DNA of 48,088 nucleotides from an uncultured Bacilli bacterium (GTDB lineage Bacteria; Bacillota_I; Bacilli_A; RF39; UBA660): NCBI GenBank assembly GCA_947629475.1, contig CANRDV010000003.1, positions 1 to 48,088 of the forward strand, read 5' to 3'. Shown piece by piece: positions 44,752 to 48,088 of this stretch (position 1 is its first letter; each line of letters starts with the position of its first letter). The notes under the pieces were generated by a model. It saw only the letters and a program-made list of their open reading frames with translations, ran no database searches and was not told where the DNA came from. The position numbers and the translations under genes were made by a program.

Positions 44752-45462
44752 GTGATGTTTATGAATAAAGTTATAATGTTTTTTTTGTTATTTATTATTT
44801 ATGCTTTTTTAGGGTGGTTAATGGAAGTATGTGTTACTTTAGTTAAGAGTCATAAGTTTGTTAATAGAGGTTTCTTAATTGGACCTTATTGTCCTATTTA
44901 TGGATATGGATGTTTATTGATTATTATTTTATTAAGTGATTTTACGAAGTATCCAGTTGTTTTATTCTTTATGGCTATTATTATTTGTTCAATCCTTGAA
45001 TATATGACTAGTTTAGTTATGGAAAAGTTATTTAATGCAAGATGGTGGGATTATAGTGATAAGAAGTTTAATATCAATGGAAGAATTTGTCTTGAAACAA
45101 TGCTTCCTTTTGGAATACTTGGTTGTTTAATTCTTTATATTGTAAATCCTTTTATAGTTGGTTTATTAGAGAGTGTTCCAAGTTTAGTTTTAAATATAAT
45201 TGCACTTATTATATTTGTTATATTTATAATTGATAATTGTATTTCCTTTAATGTAGTTGCAAGTTTGAAATCTGAAATTAAGAAAGCAGAGGCTGACCAA
45301 ACTGAAGAGATTACTAAAAAGATTAAAGCTATTTTATCAAGAAAGAGCATTTTACATAAACGTTTAGTAAATGCTTTTCCACATATTAAAACAAGAAATG
45401 AGTTTTTAATAGAAATTAGAGAAAAAATAGATTCTAAGTTAGAGAAATTAAAAAGAAAATAG
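44752..45462 (+). CDS. Putative ABC transporter permease (DUF1113/CmpB-like)
   Basis: YAFLGWLME, NRGFLIGPYCPIYG, LEY, RWWDYS...FNINGRICL. Confidence 0.85.
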   Translation: MMFMNKVIMFFLLFIIYAFLGWLMEVCVTLVKSHKFVNRGFLIGPYCPIYGYGCLLIIILLSDFTKYPVVLFFMAIIICSILEYMTSLVMEKLFNARWWDYSDKKFNINGRICLETMLPFGILGCLILYIVNPFIVGLLESVPSLVLNIIALIIFVIFIIDNCISFNVVASLKSEIKKAEADQTEEITKKIKAILSRKSILHKRLVNAFPHIKTRNEFLIEIREKIDSKLEKLKRK

Positions 45463-45477
45463 GAGTTTATAAGACTT

Positions 45478-46272
45478 CTATTTTTCTTCATATTTCTTTT
45501 CAAAAAAGTTAATAATATAATATAAAATACTTGAAATAACAGCTAGAATAACAACAGATGTAATAACTAAATTAATATTAAATACTTGAGAACCATACAT
45601 GATTAAGTAACCTAAACCTGCTTTTGATACTAATAATTCACCCATGATAACACCTATTAGATTCATACTAACGTTAACCTTAATTGTATTAATAATATTT
45701 TTTAAGTTAGCTTGTAAAATTACTTTAGTATAAATATCTTTTTTAGTTGCTTTCATACTTTTTAAAAGAGTTATATAACTTTGATTAGTATTAGAAAAGA
45801 ATGTATATAAGTTAATTATCGTTATAAATAAAGATATCATTAGACTCATGACAATTATAGAGTTAGTACTAGCTCCAACCCAAATAATTATTAAAGGTCC
45901 AAGTGCAACTTTAGGTAAGGAATTTAAAATAGTTAAGTAAGGGTCAAATACTTTAGCTAGAAAATCATTTGCCCAAAGAATAGTTGCTATTAGAAAACCA
46001 ATTCCAAAGGAAAGAAGACAACTAATTAAGATTTCATATAAAGTTACTAGAATATGACTTACTAAGTTATTAGCACTTATTAAGACTTTTAAAGTAGATA
46101 TAATAGATGATGGGGAAGAGAAAAGAAAAGTATTAATTATATTAAGTTTTGCTAAGAGTTCCCAAATTAAAAATAAGAATACTATAATACTAAGTTGAGT
46201 TATGTAAATTAGACATTTTCTTAACTTTATTTTCTTTAAAAACTTTACATGTTCTAAACTATAAGTGGACAT
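45478..46272 (-). CDS. ABC transporter permease (SsuC/TauC type)
   Basis: WE, SSPS, PY...NSLPKVALGPLIIIW, EAA-like SMKATK, GELLVSKAGLGYLI. Confidence 0.88.
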   Translation of the reverse strand: MSTYSLEHVKFLKKIKLRKCLIYITQLSIIVFLFLIWELLAKLNIINTFLFSSPSSIISTLKVLISANNLVSHILVTLYEILISCLLSFGIGFLIATILWANDFLAKVFDPYLTILNSLPKVALGPLIIIWVGASTNSIIVMSLMISLFITIINLYTFFSNTNQSYITLLKSMKATKKDIYTKVILQANLKNIINTIKVNVSMNLIGVIMGELLVSKAGLGYLIMYGSQVFNINLVITSVVILAVISSILYYIINFFEKKYEEK

Positions 46273-46594
46273 CTAAATCCCTCCATATCTTATCATAATA
46301 TATACTAAATTCAGGGGCTTTCCGGTTATCAATTGGAAGTCCTTTATTAGTTAAGTTTACATCATATATCTTTTTAATTTTACATGGTCTTTTAGACAAA
46401 ACAACAATTCTATCAGCCATTGAAATTGCTTCTGCAATATCATGAGTTATAATTAAAACCGTTTTTCCTTCTTCTTTAATTATTTTATATAAATCATTGG
46501 AAAGAGCAAGTCTTGTTTGATAATCAAGGGCACTATAAGGTTCATCTAAAAGCAAGATATCAGGGTTTGTTGCAAGTGTTCTAATAAGTGCTAC
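46259..46594 (-). pseudogene. 3' half of an ABC transporter ATPase gene, interrupted by an insertion
   Basis: VALIRTLA..PDILLLDEPYSALD...ITHD...DRIVVL (Walker B, D-loop, H-switch) are present. The expected LSGGxRQR just upstream is replaced by unrelated CLYSIHP. Confidence 0.8.
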
Positions 46595-46716
46595 TGGATG
46601 AATGCTGTATAGACACACTTGGTAATAATTAAGAAAAGTTGCTTATAACTATGTAAAATAAGGTACTTTAATGTGAAAAGTGCCTTTAATTATGATATAA
46701 TATTAAGTACAAGGAA

Positions 46717-47250
46717 GTGATTGTGTTGCAAAATTTTAAAAACTTTATTGAATTGCTTAAATTACCACCAGCTATTTTAAGCACGATATCTCTCGCTACA
46801 GGTTTAATATTATTTTTGCCAGATAGTATAATAAAATTGCTATATATGTCAAATATAAAAGAGAAATATGGATTAATAATTGGAATTTTTTTCTTATTAT
46901 CTACAATTATGCTAATTGTTCTGTTAATAAATTATTGTTATCGAAAAATTAAAGAAAAGATAACTAATAATTCGGTGAGAAAAATGAAAATTAGATATTT
47001 AAAAGAACTTGATGCTAATAAAACAAATATTATAAAAAATTTTATACGAGAGGAATCTCATTCTTTAACTGCTAGTATGAATGATGGTAATATAATTGAA
47101 TTAAGTTATTATGAAGTTGTTTCTGTTGCTGGGGGAACACAGTTTGTTGATATTGGTAACGATAATTCAATGTACATTAAATATTTTTTACAGCCATGGG
47201 TTTTAAAATTAATAAATCAAGATGAAGAATTAAAAGATAAATTTTTATAA
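46717..47250 (+). CDS. Superinfection exclusion B (SieB)-like membrane protein
   Basis: Two TM helices with LILFLPDS..IKL...KY...IG.FFL, then a wHTH-like tail ending YFLQPWV. Family recalled, not searched. Confidence 0.55.
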   Translation: MIVLQNFKNFIELLKLPPAILSTISLATGLILFLPDSIIKLLYMSNIKEKYGLIIGIFFLLSTIMLIVLLINYCYRKIKEKITNNSVRKMKIRYLKELDANKTNIIKNFIREESHSLTASMNDGNIIELSYYEVVSVAGGTQFVDIGNDNSMYIKYFLQPWVLKLINQDEELKDKFL

Positions 47251-47263
47251 AGGAGTATTAGAA

Positions 47264-47908
47264 ATGGATAGATATCAAGAAATAAAAGATTATGTTAATG
47301 ATTTAATAAAAGATATAGAAAAAATGAAATATTATCAAAATAAAATTAGTTGTTTGTTTTCAATAGTTGATTCATTTGTTCAAAATTATTTTAATTACTC
47401 ATCATACAATAATCAAAAAAAATTTAAAGAATTTATTTTAAAATTTGCTGATAAGGAAAAATATAATTATTTAGAGCTAATAGATCCGATAACATTAATT
47501 TACGATAAAAATAATAAAAAAATTAGGTTTGAGGAATTATCGGATGCAAATATTTATGTACCTAATTCATCTTCTATTGAAAATATAAGGCAAAGAAATG
47601 AAGTTTTAACTGCAAATAATGTTTTGAAAGAAAAACATAAATATATAAGTTTAATTTATTGTACTAGGTCTAAATTGGTTCATGAGCATCAGTCATCAGG
47701 TATAGTAGGTGTAGATACAGAAAATTATGATACAACCCCTATATATTTAGATTGTACAAGTTATTGGTCCTTGTTATTTCCATACACATTTTTAAAGGAA
47801 TTATTTTTAAATTGTATTGAAAATTACTTAAAATATCAAAAAGAGAATGGTCAAGACCCGTTTAATAATAATTTCGGTAGGAAAAGTCATTATGCTTTTT
47901 ATGATTAA
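47264..47908 (+). CDS. Putative HEPN-domain protein
   Basis: LFSIVD...KFKEFI...IYCTRSKLVHE (R-x4-H at 47666-47683). RBS AAGGAG. Confidence 0.55.
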   Translation: MDRYQEIKDYVNDLIKDIEKMKYYQNKISCLFSIVDSFVQNYFNYSSYNNQKKFKEFILKFADKEKYNYLELIDPITLIYDKNNKKIRFEELSDANIYVPNSSSIENIRQRNEVLTANNVLKEKHKYISLIYCTRSKLVHEHQSSGIVGVDTENYDTTPIYLDCTSYWSLLFPYTFLKELFLNCIENYLKYQKENGQDPFNNNFGRKSHYAFYD

Positions 47909-47972
47909 TAAAGTAAATTTTGTTTTTTAAATAATAATTTTTAATATCCTTATATGGGAAGGAGATTGATAT

Positions 47973-48088
47973 ATGAATTTAAATTATGGAATATTTAGAA
48001 GCCAGCCAATTATGACTATAAATGATTTAGCTCAAATTGGTTCACATAATAAACGTGAGAAAAAGGCTTATAATAGTAATAAAGATAT
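47973..48088 (+). CDS. MobV/Mob_Pre plasmid recombination relaxase, 5' fragment
   Basis: RBS AAGGAG. MNLNYGIFRSQPIMTINDLAQIGSHNKREKKAYNSNKD fits Y.I.R...HNxR...SN.DI, and the frame is open to the window end. Confidence 0.7.
   Translation, partial: MNLNYGIFRSQPIMTINDLAQIGSHNKREKKAYNSNKD

Larger units (their letters stand above)
46595..48088. mobile_element. Left end of an integrated mobilisable element (continues beyond window)
   Basis: Abrupt break in the ABC ATPase at about 46595, followed by cargo genes and the start of a MobV relaxase. Confidence 0.7.

Noticed and set aside
2326-45503. Short opposite-strand ORFs in the track (2326, 3609, 4007, 4080, 8302, 8746, 11562, 19406, 21759, 28489, 36752, 37118, 45135)
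   Set aside because: They are shadows of well-supported genes on the other strand, with no recognisable motifs.
46612-46690. MobV oriT suggested by ACACACTT
   Set aside because: The matching inverted arm is not evident and the site is about 1.3 kb from the relaxase start.
1-48088. tRNA, rRNA, tmRNA, SRP or RNase P genes
   Set aside because: I saw no such signatures in the intergenic regions by eye. A covariance-model scan would be needed to exclude divergent copies.

Overview
Very AT-rich Firmicutes chromosome segment using the standard genetic code. Its gene content fits a reduced-genome, spore-forming member of the Bacilli such as the uncultured RF39 gut lineage, but that placement is inference. 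The housekeeping and sporulation backbone is trmB, ytxG/ytxH-like, dinB, T-box-controlled ileS (type 2, GLHH signature), rsmI, CotF-like, spoVAC-AD-AE, rsmA, yabG and veg. Accessory material is interleaved with it: a tnpA-only IS200/IS605 element, a PBECR-like nuclease gene with a convergent promoter- and terminator-bounded antisense structured RNA, an Rpn/PD-(D/E)XK gene followed by a variant copy of its own C-terminus, a tandem ClpX-like ATPase, a Schlafen/AlbA gene, an AAA_14-DUF4143 gene with operator-like repeats, and the left end of a MobV-encoding integrated element that interrupts an ABC ATPase gene. The best candidates for undescribed systems are (1) the five-gene operon at 38537-44657, coupling CnaB/SpaA-like and cysteine-less thioester-domain surface proteins to two membrane proteins with HEPN-like RN-x4-H motifs, (2) the nuclease plus antisense three-way-junction RNA at 4651-5209, and (3) two orphan structured ncRNA candidates flanking ileS. 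All family calls come from motifs recognised by eye, with no database search.
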